Of a stretch of DNA of 64,000 bases, positions 32,371-43,327 are shown one piece after another (the first letter of the stretch is position 1; each line of letters begins with the position of its first letter). The notes under the pieces are model-generated. The model saw nothing but the letters and a program-made list of their open reading frames with translations. It had not been told where the DNA came from and did no database searches. Origin of the DNA: an uncultured cyanobacterium (GTDB taxonomy: Bacteria > Cyanobacteriota > Cyanobacteriia > Cyanobacteriales > CAWUOF01); the NCBI GenBank assembly GCA_963744145.1, contig CAVUSO010000001.1:1248001-1312000 (forward strand). Direction: 5' to 3'. A program made the position numbers and the translations under genes.

Positions 32371-34191
32371 ATGATCAACCGTGGGGCAGGGATAGCGTAA
32401 TGGTTCAGTTCGCTTCTCCAGGCGAGCTTGGGTCATCCCACCCATACCAGGCGTGTGTTGGACAAAGGTTGCCCAGAGGGTGCGGTAGTCTTTCCATGCG
32501 AGGGGAAAAGGCTGTGACCAGTATTCTGGTGGATGCTTCTGATCGAACTTCGCGGTCGCGTGCGCCAGATCAATCCAAATCTGCCAGTCGGGCCGAGATT
32601 CTCCCACAGGGGGAACCACTTGCTTTTGCCAGCGGATTGCCCGATCGTCCCGACGCATATAAACGGTTTCCATCTCAAAGCCACTTGTAACTGGCAAAAT
32701 AATATCAGCGTAGTAAGCTGACTCCTCCATAAACAAGCCGGTATAAACATAAAAATCTAATTGGCGATAGGCGGCTTGAACTTTCTGGTTACCAGCCGAA
32801 GCCAGTAAGGGATTGCCCTGGGTAACCAAAGCTTTTAGTGGGTAGGGCTTGCCCGTCAGAATTGCCTCCGCCAAGTAATCAGGACCCACAGGTAAAGCCA
32901 CATCTTTCGGCGGCACAGGGACAGCGATCGGTGGCAGGTTCAACCCACCGGGCCAGGTATTGTGCATAAAATTGCAGCCACCACCGGGAATGCCAATATT
33001 ACCGGTAATCGCTGCCAGGAAGGTTAAAGAACGATAGGTATCAAATGCACCGAGTTGGTGAGAAATCCCGGCATTACAAAAAATCGCCGCTGGTTTGGTG
33101 ACAGCATATGCCGTTGCCAGTTGACGGATTTTCACTTCAGGCACATCAGTTATTTCAGCAGCCCATTGAGTTGTGTATTTTTGGGCGATCAGATGGCGTT
33201 TGAGTAAGTCGAATCCTAATACCCATTTCGCCACAAAGTCAGCATCGTAGAGATTGTTGGTGACAATATGGTGCAACATACCCAACACCAATGCTAAATC
33301 AGTGTGGGGTTTGGGGGCAATCCATTCATCTGCTTGGGCACCAGTGGGGGTCAAGCGTGGATCAATTACCACCAACCTAGCCTTGGTTTGAGCGCGACTG
33401 CGGAGCAGGTAAGAAAATGTCACGGGATGGGTTTCGGCTTGGTTAGTACCCAAAAAGAGGAAGAATTTCGCTGCGCCTAAATCTTCTTTCCCCGTTGCAC
33501 CATCAACGCCATAGCCATTGGTGAAATTGCCCATCCCGAGGGTCCAGGCTAAGGCATTTCCCCCAGCATCGTTACACACTGGCCCCACATCGGTATCATT
33601 GGGACTCCCTAACAGGGTGAAGTATCGCCCAACTAACGATCCGGTGCCACGGGGCAGTCGGCCAGAAGTCTTGTTGGCGATCGCCCTAGCTTCTCCCCCA
33701 TCCCTCAATGCCAGGAATTTCTTCGCGATCGTTTCTAGAGCTTCATCCCAAGAAATGGGGGCAAACTGAGAATCGGACGCTCCTTTCTCACCTCCAACCC
33801 GCTTCAGCGGGTGAGTTAAGCGAAATCGGTTATACACCAATTGGGTCATCATCGGCCCTTTGACACAGAAGCCACCTGCTTGTACCGGATCATCGGGTTC
33901 CCCAACTACATCAATAATGCGACCATCTTTGACATGCACTTTCAAGCGACAAAGACTATTACAAAACTGACAAGCGCTATCAACAATCCGATCGGGTTGC
34001 AGTGCGCCCGATTGCTGGGTAAAGTCAAACTCCACCCCTGGAGTTTGACTCGCTGGATAAAACCCTTCACTAGCAACAGCCTCTACCCTATCCTGCTTCT
34101 TTAATAAGTCTGTGCTAGTTACGACTGCTGCACTGAGTGCAACTCCTTTGAGGAAGTCCCGCCGGGAGGAGCTTTTTTGATGAGATGACAT
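32371..34191 (-). pseudogene. 5' half of a Tat-exported molybdopterin oxidoreductase (DMSO reductase superfamily), interrupted by an IS
   Basis: SRRDFLK Tat motif, CQFCNSLC...C 4Fe-4S motif, RLTHPLKR and ISWDEAL; cut after PCPTVDH. Confidence 0.9.
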
Positions 34192-34349
34192 GGCAGATGC
34201 TTACTAGAGTGACACCAGAAAATATAATTTTATCCGATCGCTCTTAAGTTAGGCTGGAGAAAGGGAGGTATTTGAAAATGGGATGCCCTACCCTATCAAG
34301 AATTCCGAGTCGAGCAAAAGATTCATAGGATATACTTAGATTCTGATTA

Positions 34350-34745
34350 GTGCAGAAATTTGGTAACTCATTCGGGTTAGGCATTATCCAATTTATCACA
34401 GTTTCAGAATCAGCAGCAACTCAACAAGTACAATCCTTAATTAACCAAGCCCAACAAGAAATTTATGAGCCAATTTTCCAACAAAAAGTAATCGAATTAC
34501 TTGAAAAAATTATTGTTTACAAATTTCCCAAAAAAACTAGAGCGGAGTTAGAAGTGATATTTGACTTAACCGCAGGTCAACAACCCACATTTTATCAACA
34601 AGCCAAAGAAGAAGGGAAAATCGAAGCGAAATTAGAAATGATTTCAATCTTAGTTAGATTCGGATTTACTCCTGAACAAATTGCCCAAGAATTAGGATTA
34701 GAAATTAATCTAGTTAGTAAGTTTCTTGGCCATCAAAATAACTAA
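34350..34745 (+). pseudogene. C-terminal fragment of an Rpn/DUF2887-like protein
   Basis: IELLEKIIVYKFP and FYQQAKEEGK...EQIAQELGL; the N-terminal nuclease part is absent. Confidence 0.6.
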
Positions 34746-35012
34746 ATTTTATTGCTGAAAATTAGCAGTAGTCAGAAACCATAATAAACACAATTAAATA
34801 CATTAGCACCTTTCAAAGCTATGTTTTCCTTTGCCTATCCAGTTCCTCAAAAAGGTCCTCCATGTCTACCTAAAGAAACCTTGCAGATATTTGTAGGTCA
34901 AACAGGTAAACTAGAAAAGTAGCGGATATCCGTACTTGACCAGATAGGGCATCCGCCAGCCGCAAAAACTAAAAAAAGGTAATGTAAAGAATTATAACCA
35001 ACCAGCACAACT

Positions 35013-35195
35013 ATGACTGAACCACAACCAACCACAACCCCGAAGCTACAAGAACCCAAGTTTGGCTTTAATAGTTATGCCGAAGTCATCAATGGTCGCG
35101 CGGCAATGATTGGCTTTATCGCGATGTTGATTATTGAAGGTCTAACTGGACAGGGACTATTATCCTGGTTGGGTCTAATCCCCTGGGACAAATAA
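35013..35195 (+). CDS. High-light inducible protein (Hlip/Scp)
   Basis: FGFNSYAEVINGRAAMIGF chlorophyll-binding ExxNxR motif. Confidence 0.95.
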   Translation: MTEPQPTTTPKLQEPKFGFNSYAEVINGRAAMIGFIAMLIIEGLTGQGLLSWLGLIPWDK

Positions 35196-35383
35196 CTCGT
35201 CCCAGCTCCAACGAGGACAACTATTTCTGGGTCGGGGAGGTGAGGAAATAGTTTCCACCTCCCGGAAATTAGCCAGTTTGATGGTAAGTAAGTTACATTT
35301 AAAATAGCTGCTCCAAAATCTAGACTTGCCTGTAAACTGTAGGTCTTAAGATTAACAGCTCAAGCTAGAAACCTAAATTAACT

Positions 35384-35683
35384 GTGATGAATATTGCATT
35401 ATCTCGCATTTTAAAGTCAGTCTACCGGAAAGAACCCCTCTCTAGCTTTATCATTACTGTAGGGGCTGTCGATGCAGTGATTGGTGGATTGGACGATCAG
35501 TGGGCTTTATTTTCCCTCGGCATCTTGGTCGTCGCGATCGCGATCGTTATCCGTGTATGGCAATCCCAGCGCCATCAAGTCCAGGAACATCAGCAAGCCC
35601 CAGAATACTATCTACCGTCCCATTCTTCCCGTCCACCTTTACCAATGCTTAGTCCCGCTAAAAAACACCCTCCTCATTATTAA
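35384..35683 (+). CDS. Conserved cyanobacterial small membrane protein
   Basis: YRKEPLSSFIITVGAVDAVIGG, a TM segment and SSRPPLPML. Confidence 0.7.
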   Translation: MMNIALSRILKSVYRKEPLSSFIITVGAVDAVIGGLDDQWALFSLGILVVAIAIVIRVWQSQRHQVQEHQQAPEYYLPSHSSRPPLPMLSPAKKHPPHY

Positions 35684-35904
35684 ACGAGATGATGCTTGCT
35701 GTCTATGGGCTAGAGACGATCGCCTAAAATTGCTTCTTGAATTTCCCTCAACTCCAGTTCCAGTCGGAATCAATCCGACCGGAATTAACTCTTATAAAGA
35801 TCAAGATGCTTTCGCCAAATTAGTCAAAGAATAGACTATGTGCATCTGTAATTGACGAGATAAATCTTTGTGTATATCCATTAAATCAATTGGGGGAAAT
35901 TTTG

Positions 35905-36291
35905 CTAAACCTTAGTTTTCCCTAACAATTTTTTCACAGTTTTTACCAATTCCTCTGGATGAAAAGGTTTAGAAATATAAGCATCAGCACCTTGCTTCAT
36001 TCCCCAGTAGCGATCGAACTCTTCCCCTTTACTTGTACACATCACAACAGGAATCTTGTTGGCGTAGGGGTCATTTTTCAACCAACGACAGAGTTCATAA
36101 CCATTCATTTTAGGCATAACCACATCAGTAATGACCAAATCAATCACCATGTTGGGAGCACTAGATTCAATTTTCTGCTTTGCTTCCATCCCATCACTTG
36201 CTTCAATTACATTTAGCCCACTATCTTTTAAACGCTTTACTACCATTTGTCGGGCAGCCATACTGTCATCTACTAACAAAATTGTACTCAT
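35905..36291 (-). CDS. CheY/PilH-like single-domain response regulator
   Basis: VDDS, DVVMPKMNGYELCR, DRYWGMKQGADAYISKPF. Confidence 0.92.
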   Translation of the reverse strand: MSTILLVDDSMAARQMVVKRLKDSGLNVIEASDGMEAKQKIESSAPNMVIDLVITDVVMPKMNGYELCRWLKNDPYANKIPVVMCTSKGEEFDRYWGMKQGADAYISKPFHPEELVKTVKKLLGKTKV

Positions 36292-36454
36292 AGTGTCCTA
36301 CCTACTTGGTTGTTTTATATAATATAAATGTACAGAGGATTAAATTGGCTCATAATGCTAATATGCCATAAATGCAATCCAGGGATAGGTATTTCAGTTT
36401 AATAATTGACTACCTGTAGTCTCCTTCCTAGACTTAAAAAGCTTAACATTTTTT

Positions 36455-36703
36455 CTAGACTCTTTGATTCACCAATTTTTTTTCTAATCCCAGGGACAGA
36501 AACCTTTGAAAATAAAAAGGGAAGAGAACCATTTTCCTCTTCCCTTTTCGTTTTTCTTGTCCTTGTCCTTCCTTAATTTCAGACTTTAGCCTTTTGCGTA
36601 ACATTTGGGTTTGTTTTTTGAGCTGTCTTTGACGAGCAGAACCCCCAGAGCCTTTATCATTTCTACCTGATCGACGAGGAGACTCCCATCTTTTTAAGCG
36701 CAT
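36455..36703 (-). CDS. Small basic hypothetical protein
   Basis: AAGGAG SD upstream of the ATG; Lys/Arg-rich N-terminal half; 3' part uncertain. Confidence 0.5.
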   Translation of the reverse strand: MRLKRWESPRRSGRNDKGSGGSARQRQLKKQTQMLRKRLKSEIKEGQGQEKRKGKRKMVLFPFYFQRFLSLGLEKKLVNQRV

Positions 36704-36803
36704 ATATTACTCCTTTACCAAGACCAGCTTTTTTAACCAGGCTTCAATCTCAACAGAGACATAACAGCAACATGGGGACTGAGTTACTGTTTTGACCTGA
36801 GAG

Positions 36804-36885
36804 TGGGCGAGGAGAGAATCGAACTCTCATACCTTTCGGTGCCACATTTTGAGTGTGGTGCGTCTACCAGTTTCGCCACCCGCCC
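36804..36885 (-). tRNA. trnL: tRNA-Leu(CAA)
   Basis: GGGCGGGTGGCGAAACTGGTAGACGC, anticodon arm CCACA-CTCAAAA-TGTGG, long variable arm, GTTCGATTC. Confidence 0.95.
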
Positions 36886-37738
36886 TTGAAGTCGGTTTCT
36901 TCATTATACACCATAGATCGATTTTTTAGCAAGCATTGATAATCTTTACTACTTGCCCAGAGATCAATTTCTCTAGCTCGCAATACGGGGACAGGATGAG
37001 TTAACTGCTCAGTTTGCATTTGCTTGAGGAGCTGACCAATTTCCGTGATGCTAATTTGATCATAGGCTCGAGCTTGGGCTAAAAAAGCATCGAGATTAAG
37101 TTGAGCAGCGATCGCGGGGAGCCCCCAGCTAACTTCATCAATACAGAACTGACCACTCGCGGGTTTTGAGTAGCTAAGAGAGCTGCGCGATCGCAAGTAA
37201 ATTCAGCACAACGCAACCATTCTAAAATTTGGGATTGCCAACCTTGAGCGATCGCCGGACCCAACAAAGGTAACTGACCAGCAGCCAACATAATTAAATT
37301 AGCTAAAGTCAAATAAACCCCATGGTCACATTTTAAGTGACCAAGTTCATGAGCAATCACAGCCTGAGTTTCTGCGGGAGTCAGCAAATCTAGCAGAGAA
37401 GTGTGCATCACAATAAAAGGTTGTTTTCCTCGCATCGCAAAGGTATAAGCATTCGGAACAGGATGTTGACGCACATAAAGCTGGGGTGGTTCGAGATCCA
37501 AAATCTGACAAGCTTCGAGCAGCAATTGATGCAGATCGGGAAGCTGTTTTTCTGTCACCAACACACTTGAAGCAATATTTTCCAGATAAAAAAACTGTTC
37601 TCCCAATGGTCCGACTAATTGCCGAACTAATAAATCCAGCCCTGCTAATTGCTTGAGAGCATTAGTAGCTTCTAAATCTAGGGGATGACGAAATTGGTTA
37701 GAAGTTAACCCAATCAAAGGGATTTTGACAAAAGTCAT
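36864..37738 (-). pseudogene. M48-family zinc metallopeptidase with a 1-nt frameshift near 37116-37119
   Basis: PNAYT, AHELGH and EFTCDRAA in one frame; AIAAQLNLDAF...THPVPVLRA continues in another frame. Confidence 0.8.
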
Positions 37739-37846
37739 GCTGAAAAAATCACTAAAAAGTTTTTAATGCCAGTCAATTTGTCAAATTTTAACATTTATTG
37801 ACTAACGTTGATTTCCGTTGTCCTCCTCAGCAACACTATTTATTTT

Positions 37847-38545
37847 ATGCACCAGAAAACACTTGTGCCGAGCGCTTGCCATGAGCGTAGTCGAAGGGTA
37901 GTCGAGGCATTACAGATATTTCATCGTCAATCTCCCGTGAGTGTGCTTGGTCCTGGTCAGCGAGCTGTTGTGTGGGTACAGGGCTGTCAGTTTGCTTGCA
38001 AAAACTGTATTGTCCCTGATTCTTGGGATGAGAAAGGTGGAGAATTGGTAACAGTAGCAGAGTTAAGCGATTGGATCTTAGCACAACCTGGAATAGAGGG
38101 TGTTACATTCTCTGGAGGGGAACCGATGCTACAAGCTGAGGCGCTATCTAAGCTGGTAGAATGTGTGAGAAATAAATCCAATTTAGGGGTAGTATGTTAT
38201 ACAGGCTATCGCTTAGAGCATCTACAACAGCAAGGGACATCAGCCCAGCAAGCCTTATTGCACCAAATTGACTTGTTAATAGATGGAGTTTATCTCGAAC
38301 AACAACATAGAGACTTACTGTGGAGAGGATCTGCTAATCAACGATTATTGCCATTAACAGAACGCTATCAAGCACTAATTGCTAATCTGCTTGATCAGGG
38401 CGATCGCTCAGTAGGACTAGAGTTTTTTATGGAAGAAACTGGAGAACTTGGGTTTGTGGGAGTACCTAATCAACCAGGTTTTTACCAAGAGTTTGTATCT
38501 CGAATGTTAAATCGTGGAGTAATGATCAACCCGATCAAACAATAA
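37847..38545 (+). CDS. NrdG/PFL-activase-like radical SAM (4Fe-4S) protein
   Basis: LGPGQRAVVWVQGCQFACKNC, GVTFSGGEP, YTGY, DLLIDG and WRGSANQ motifs; 16-aa repeat-derived insert near the N-terminus. Confidence 0.88.
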   Translation: MHQKTLVPSACHERSRRVVEALQIFHRQSPVSVLGPGQRAVVWVQGCQFACKNCIVPDSWDEKGGELVTVAELSDWILAQPGIEGVTFSGGEPMLQAEALSKLVECVRNKSNLGVVCYTGYRLEHLQQQGTSAQQALLHQIDLLIDGVYLEQQHRDLLWRGSANQRLLPLTERYQALIANLLDQGDRSVGLEFFMEETGELGFVGVPNQPGFYQEFVSRMLNRGVMINPIKQ

Positions 38546-38564
38546 AGTTCTTGCAAAAATAACT

Positions 38565-38800
38565 AGGACAGGCAAGATGCCTGTCCCACAACAAAAAAAA
38601 ACTCTTGTGGGACAGGCATCTTGCCTGTCCAATAAATTGATCAACATGACTTTTGCCTTCTTGTCTAATAAAGTTCAGTCAACCGTAGGGGCGAAGCATT
38701 CGGGCGACAACTAATCGGATCAGCCCGTTAACACTATATCCGAATGCTTCGCCCATTCTTTGCCGATATCCCCCAAAATACTCTTAAGTGAACCATATTG
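38565..38800. repeat. REP-like palindromes inside the operon
   Basis: GGACAGGCAAGATGCCTGTCCCACAA...TTGTGGGACAGGCATCTTGCCTGTCC and GTAGGGGCGAAGCATTCGG...CCGAATGCTTCGCCC. Confidence 0.85.
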
Positions 38801-38821
38801 CCCGATAAAGGAGAAAAACTG

Positions 38822-40111
38822 ATGAGTGGTAGTCCAAAACATACCCCAGCAGAGTTAGAAAGACGAAGACAGGAACAGCTAGAAAAAGAACGACAACGTA
38901 AAGCCAAAGAAGAAGCAAGACAAAGAGCAGCAGCAGCAGAGAGAGAAAGACTTCAGCGGTTGGAGACTCTCAGAAACCAGTTAATTGCCCAAGTTCAGGC
39001 GATCGCTTCACAAGTGCAGCAACAACAAAATAATATATATAGTGAGGATGGAACAGCACTCCAGAAACGCTGTCAGAATTTGCGTGATACTCTGGGTCAA
39101 GCCCAAACCGAATCTCAACTCCAGAAGATAGCCCAAGCATCACCTCAGATTGAACAAGATTTGCATAAAGCGGTTAGTCGCAAACGTCGAGATGAGGAGG
39201 AGAAAAAGCGACGGTTAGAATTAGAAAAACAACAGTTTGAACTAGAGGAATTAGAGCGACAAATTTCTCAAATTCCTAAAGCGGATGCAACTAAATTTGA
39301 TGCTAATGGATATGCAACAGTACAGCAAGCAATTGGAACAGTAAAAACCGCGATCGCAAGTAGTAATCCGGAAAGCGTCCGCGCACCCCTAGCTAATGCT
39401 ATAAAAGCATTACAAGATCATACCAATTTAGTAATCCAACATCGAACCGAATGGCTGCAACGTAAAGCTGAAGCGGAACAAGCTATTGGTGAACTTCAAG
39501 CATTTATTGTGGGATTAAGAGCTGATCCAGTAGTGATGCGGTGGCACGGACATACTATAACTGAATTGGAAACTCAAGCACAAACAGCAGTGCAAGCCTT
39601 AGCAGCAGAACAGTTTGAGCAACCCGCCAATATTCTAGCAGTAGCCCAGACGCGAGGACAGCAAATCGTAGAAGAAGCTAATGCCGAGCAAATTAAAGCT
39701 GACCAACGGGATTATATTGCTACCAGTATTGCTCAAACCTTGCAAGACATGGGTTTTATCGTTAGTCCTCCTCAAGCTGAATATGCTGATCATCCAAAAA
39801 CAGCCATGATTTTAAAAGCAGCTACTGCTTCAGGTAAAGGAATTAGTGTCAGTGTTCCAGTAGAAGGTGAAGTCTGGTACGACGTAGATGGATATACCAA
39901 AAGTACCGAAGCAGTTGTTGGTGGTGGTAATGCTGCGGTATGCGATGAAGCGGAACAGGTTTTAACCGATATGCACACTGCTTTAGAGGCAGAATTTGGC
40001 GTTAAAATGGGTGAAATTTCTTGGGAAGGAAAAGACCCTAACCGCAAACCGCGTAAAGCGGATGGACTACCTAATAACGATCAACAGCAGGGTAGAGGAG
40101 GTAATCGATGA
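38822..40111 (+). CDS. Coiled-coil protein with a globular C-terminal domain (unknown function)
   Basis: AAAGGAG SD, MSGSPK start, long Q/E/R-rich heptads, C-terminal LQDMGF...C...FGV; stop overlaps the next ATG. Confidence 0.8.
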   Translation: MSGSPKHTPAELERRRQEQLEKERQRKAKEEARQRAAAAERERLQRLETLRNQLIAQVQAIASQVQQQQNNIYSEDGTALQKRCQNLRDTLGQAQTESQLQKIAQASPQIEQDLHKAVSRKRRDEEEKKRRLELEKQQFELEELERQISQIPKADATKFDANGYATVQQAIGTVKTAIASSNPESVRAPLANAIKALQDHTNLVIQHRTEWLQRKAEAEQAIGELQAFIVGLRADPVVMRWHGHTITELETQAQTAVQALAAEQFEQPANILAVAQTRGQQIVEEANAEQIKADQRDYIATSIAQTLQDMGFIVSPPQAEYADHPKTAMILKAATASGKGISVSVPVEGEVWYDVDGYTKSTEAVVGGGNAAVCDEAEQVLTDMHTALEAEFGVKMGEISWEGKDPNRKPRKADGLPNNDQQQGRGGNR

Positions 40112-42093
40112 ATAGCTCAACTCCCACATCTTCCCGCTGGATTCTCGAATTTGAGAAACAAGTCCATCGCCGTCTGCATATTGTTTTGTATGGTAATATT
40201 CACGACCAGTTTCTCTGGCGCGGTAATTATCAAAATATCCACGAATTTCTCACCGCATACTTTCAAGACTTAAACTTTGAGCTAATTCTTCGGTATGACC
40301 CCATAGATGGGTTTAATTTTGTCAATCCAAAAATGAGACAGGGATTTGATGAATTAGTACGAAGTGGGGTAGCTAAACGGAACCCAGATTTAGGACAAAA
40401 TCCCCCAGTACCTTCACCAGCTCCAAATCCAATGGCACCTCCTCCAAGAGCTAATCCGGGTGCTGTGGGTCCTTCCCTAAATACTAGAGTCTCACCAGAG
40501 GATGCTTTTGGTAATTTGCGAGCTGTCGTATCTCAATCTAAAACTTCAGTAGCTGCAATTGTTGATTTAGGAGATATGCTCACCTCTGATCCAAGTCGCT
40601 ATATTGCTGAAGAGCGAAACGCTTTGGTGTTACTGAATAAATGCACCCTAGAAGCATCTGTGATCAGAGAGGGGGCTTTGAGCGGTTATCGCAATACTTT
40701 GGTGATTTTAGCTAGGGATTTGAAACGGGTGCCAGAGTGGTTTCATCAAAATAATCCCTTTGTCGGGATGGTGCAAATGTCGCGTCCCAATAAAGACGAA
40801 CGATGTCAGTTTATGATGCGTTTTTTCCAGGGATTTTATGAAGGCGATCGCATCAATACTAAACGCTCTTCTCCTCAAGCACCTTCAGAGCTAGAAATTC
40901 TCGCAGAAGAATTTGCTGATCTCACCGAAGGCTTTCGAGCAATGGATTTAGATGCGTTGCGTGCGACTTCTTGGCGTGAGCGCATTCCTCTCCGTGTTAA
41001 AGAAGTCTGGCGGTTAGTGGACTTTTTTAAATTTGGTCTACGGGATGATCCTTGGGAGCAGTTAAGCCCCGAAAAAGTTCGCTCTGCTAGAGAACAACTT
41101 TCTCGCACTGTGATTGGTCAACCTCGTGCAGTTGAATCTGTTACTACTATGCTCACTAGCGCAAGGGTGGGATTGAGCATAAGTAGTAGTGGTCGTAGTG
41201 GCAAACCTAAAGGTATTTTCTTTTTTGTTGGTCCGACAGGAGTTGGCAAAACTGAACTAGCCAAAGCTATGACCAAATTAGTGTTTGGCGATGAGCGATC
41301 GTTTGTCCGTTTTGATATGAGTGAGTACAAAGAAGAACACGCGGCTGAGAAATTAGCAGGCGCTCCTCCCGGTTTTGTGGGTTATGAAGAAGGGGGACAG
41401 CTAACCAATCGCGTGATTGAGCAGCCCTATAGTATTTTGCTGTTTGATGAAATTGAAAAAGCTCATCCCAAGGTGTTAGATAAGTTTTTGCAAATTTTAG
41501 AAGATGGAAGGCTTACTGATGGTAAAGGACAGACTGCTTATTTCAACCAAACTGCAATTATTTTTACTAGCAATATCGGCGCATCGGATTTAACTGATCC
41601 TCAGACAGGTGCGATCGTTCGGTGTGGGATTATGAACAAAGTGCAGCAAGGAAATACTAATGATTTCTCTTACGAAGAGGTAGAAAATCACTTCCGAACT
41701 GAAGTAGATTGGCACTTTACCAGTCGCATTGGTCGGGCGGAACTGCTCAACCGTTTGGGTGATAATATTGTGGTATTTGACTTGCTACGTCCAGATTTTG
41801 TGACTTTAATTGGGCAGAAGTTTTTACGACAACTATCAGATACAGCTCAGGAAAAGTACCGACTCAATTTAAACTTTTTGCCTTCAGTTCTAGATGTTTT
41901 GAGGGTGCGGATGGAACAAGGTAACAATTTACTATTCGGAGGAAGACGGATTAAAACCCTTTTAGAATCATTAGTGGAACGTCCCCTCAATAGTTGGATT
42001 TTTCAAAATTGCCCTGAAACCAGTAAATTAGCAGGGGGCACATTGAGGATTGGGATGACAGTTGATGGATGTTTAGAGGTGACTCATGTTTGA
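40108..42093 (+). CDS. ClpA/B-like AAA+ ATPase with one intact (D2-type) nucleotide-binding domain
   Basis: VIGQ, FFFVGPTGVGKTELAK, RFDMSEY, GAPPGFVGYEEGGQLT, LLFDEIEKAH and DGRLTDGKG motifs; no Walker A in the N-terminal half. Confidence 0.9.
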   Translation: MNSSTPTSSRWILEFEKQVHRRLHIVLYGNIHDQFLWRGNYQNIHEFLTAYFQDLNFELILRYDPIDGFNFVNPKMRQGFDELVRSGVAKRNPDLGQNPPVPSPAPNPMAPPPRANPGAVGPSLNTRVSPEDAFGNLRAVVSQSKTSVAAIVDLGDMLTSDPSRYIAEERNALVLLNKCTLEASVIREGALSGYRNTLVILARDLKRVPEWFHQNNPFVGMVQMSRPNKDERCQFMMRFFQGFYEGDRINTKRSSPQAPSELEILAEEFADLTEGFRAMDLDALRATSWRERIPLRVKEVWRLVDFFKFGLRDDPWEQLSPEKVRSAREQLSRTVIGQPRAVESVTTMLTSARVGLSISSSGRSGKPKGIFFFVGPTGVGKTELAKAMTKLVFGDERSFVRFDMSEYKEEHAAEKLAGAPPGFVGYEEGGQLTNRVIEQPYSILLFDEIEKAHPKVLDKFLQILEDGRLTDGKGQTAYFNQTAIIFTSNIGASDLTDPQTGAIVRCGIMNKVQQGNTNDFSYEEVENHFRTEVDWHFTSRIGRAELLNRLGDNIVVFDLLRPDFVTLIGQKFLRQLSDTAQEKYRLNLNFLPSVLDVLRVRMEQGNNLLFGGRRIKTLLESLVERPLNSWIFQNCPETSKLAGGTLRIGMTVDGCLEVTHV

Positions 42094-43327
42094 TTTGGAA
42101 TTGCTGTGGGATCGACCCGCAAAAATTAGCTCTCAATCGACAACTCATGTGCTGCGATCGCGGATCTATCCTCAATCGGTCGGAAATGCTTTACCTAGCT
42201 TACCCCTACGGATCGCGATCGCTCTCGATACTAGCCAATCAATGCAAGGGGAAAAGCTACAATGTGCTAAGGAAGCTTGCCGTGCGGTTGTTTCTCATTT
42301 ACGTGACACAGATCGCTTATTTCTAGCAGGTTTTTCTACGAGAGTAACACCTTTACTACAATCTCTTACAGGTGGTGCTAATGCTGTTTCATCGGCTAAT
42401 ACAGCGATCGCTAGTTTGCAACCAGAGGGAGTTACTCGCACCGATTTGGCATTAGAATGGATTCAGAATGCCTTACCAAAGGAAACTGGAGTCACAAGAG
42501 TGGGGATTTTGATTACAGATGGTCATGCGACTACTCCCCAAGGTAATCTATTAGATGACGTAACGCCGCTAATTAACCAATCTAGCCAACTGAGTAGTGC
42601 TGGAATTGTGCTGTGTACTGTAGGATTAGGAGATGCAGCTAATTTTAATACAGCTTTTTTAACTGATTTGAGCGACAAGGGAAGGGGTGCGTTTCTCTAT
42701 GCTGACACACCAACTATCCTAAAATCTCTACTCCAAGAAAGACTGGCTGCTTGTCAAGCGATCGCGACGGAAGAAGCTAAACTCCGATTCACTCTAAGTT
42801 CTGGTGTTACCCTCAAAGGTTTTTGTCGTTTCCGTCCCGAATATTTACCTTTGGAAGAAACTGCAAAAAATGAATTAACACTGGGTACGATCGGAACAAA
42901 CTCCCCAACCGATGTATTAATTGACTTAGAAATTCCAGCAAGTGGTTTTGGAGAACCAATGGGTAGTCGAGAAGTAGTTTCAGTCCAGTTAACAGCTAGA
43001 GGAATGACCAACCCGATTACTAAGACAGCAGCGATTACCTATACTAATTCCTACTCAGAAGCGCAAAAAGTTAACGCTGAAGTCAATAACGATCGACTCT
43101 GTTGGGATATTAACGTTTATAGTAATGACCTAACCCGCACTAACGATCCGAAGCGCACAGGAGAATTACTAGATAATATCCAGTTTACAGCTACCCAAGC
43201 CGGACAAGCAAATATTGCGAACCAAGCAGCTCAACAGCTAGATGATCTGAAAAAGACTGGAGTATTGAACCCCCACAAATCAACTGGACTCTTGCGGGAT
43301 TCTCGAAATTTGGGAGGGACAAAATGA
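42086..43327 (+). CDS. von Willebrand factor A domain protein
   Basis: MIDAS DTSQS, ILITDGH and TVGLG motifs. Confidence 0.9.
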   Translation: MFDLELLWDRPAKISSQSTTHVLRSRIYPQSVGNALPSLPLRIAIALDTSQSMQGEKLQCAKEACRAVVSHLRDTDRLFLAGFSTRVTPLLQSLTGGANAVSSANTAIASLQPEGVTRTDLALEWIQNALPKETGVTRVGILITDGHATTPQGNLLDDVTPLINQSSQLSSAGIVLCTVGLGDAANFNTAFLTDLSDKGRGAFLYADTPTILKSLLQERLAACQAIATEEAKLRFTLSSGVTLKGFCRFRPEYLPLEETAKNELTLGTIGTNSPTDVLIDLEIPASGFGEPMGSREVVSVQLTARGMTNPITKTAAITYTNSYSEAQKVNAEVNNDRLCWDINVYSNDLTRTNDPKRTGELLDNIQFTATQAGQANIANQAAQQLDDLKKTGVLNPHKSTGLLRDSRNLGGTK

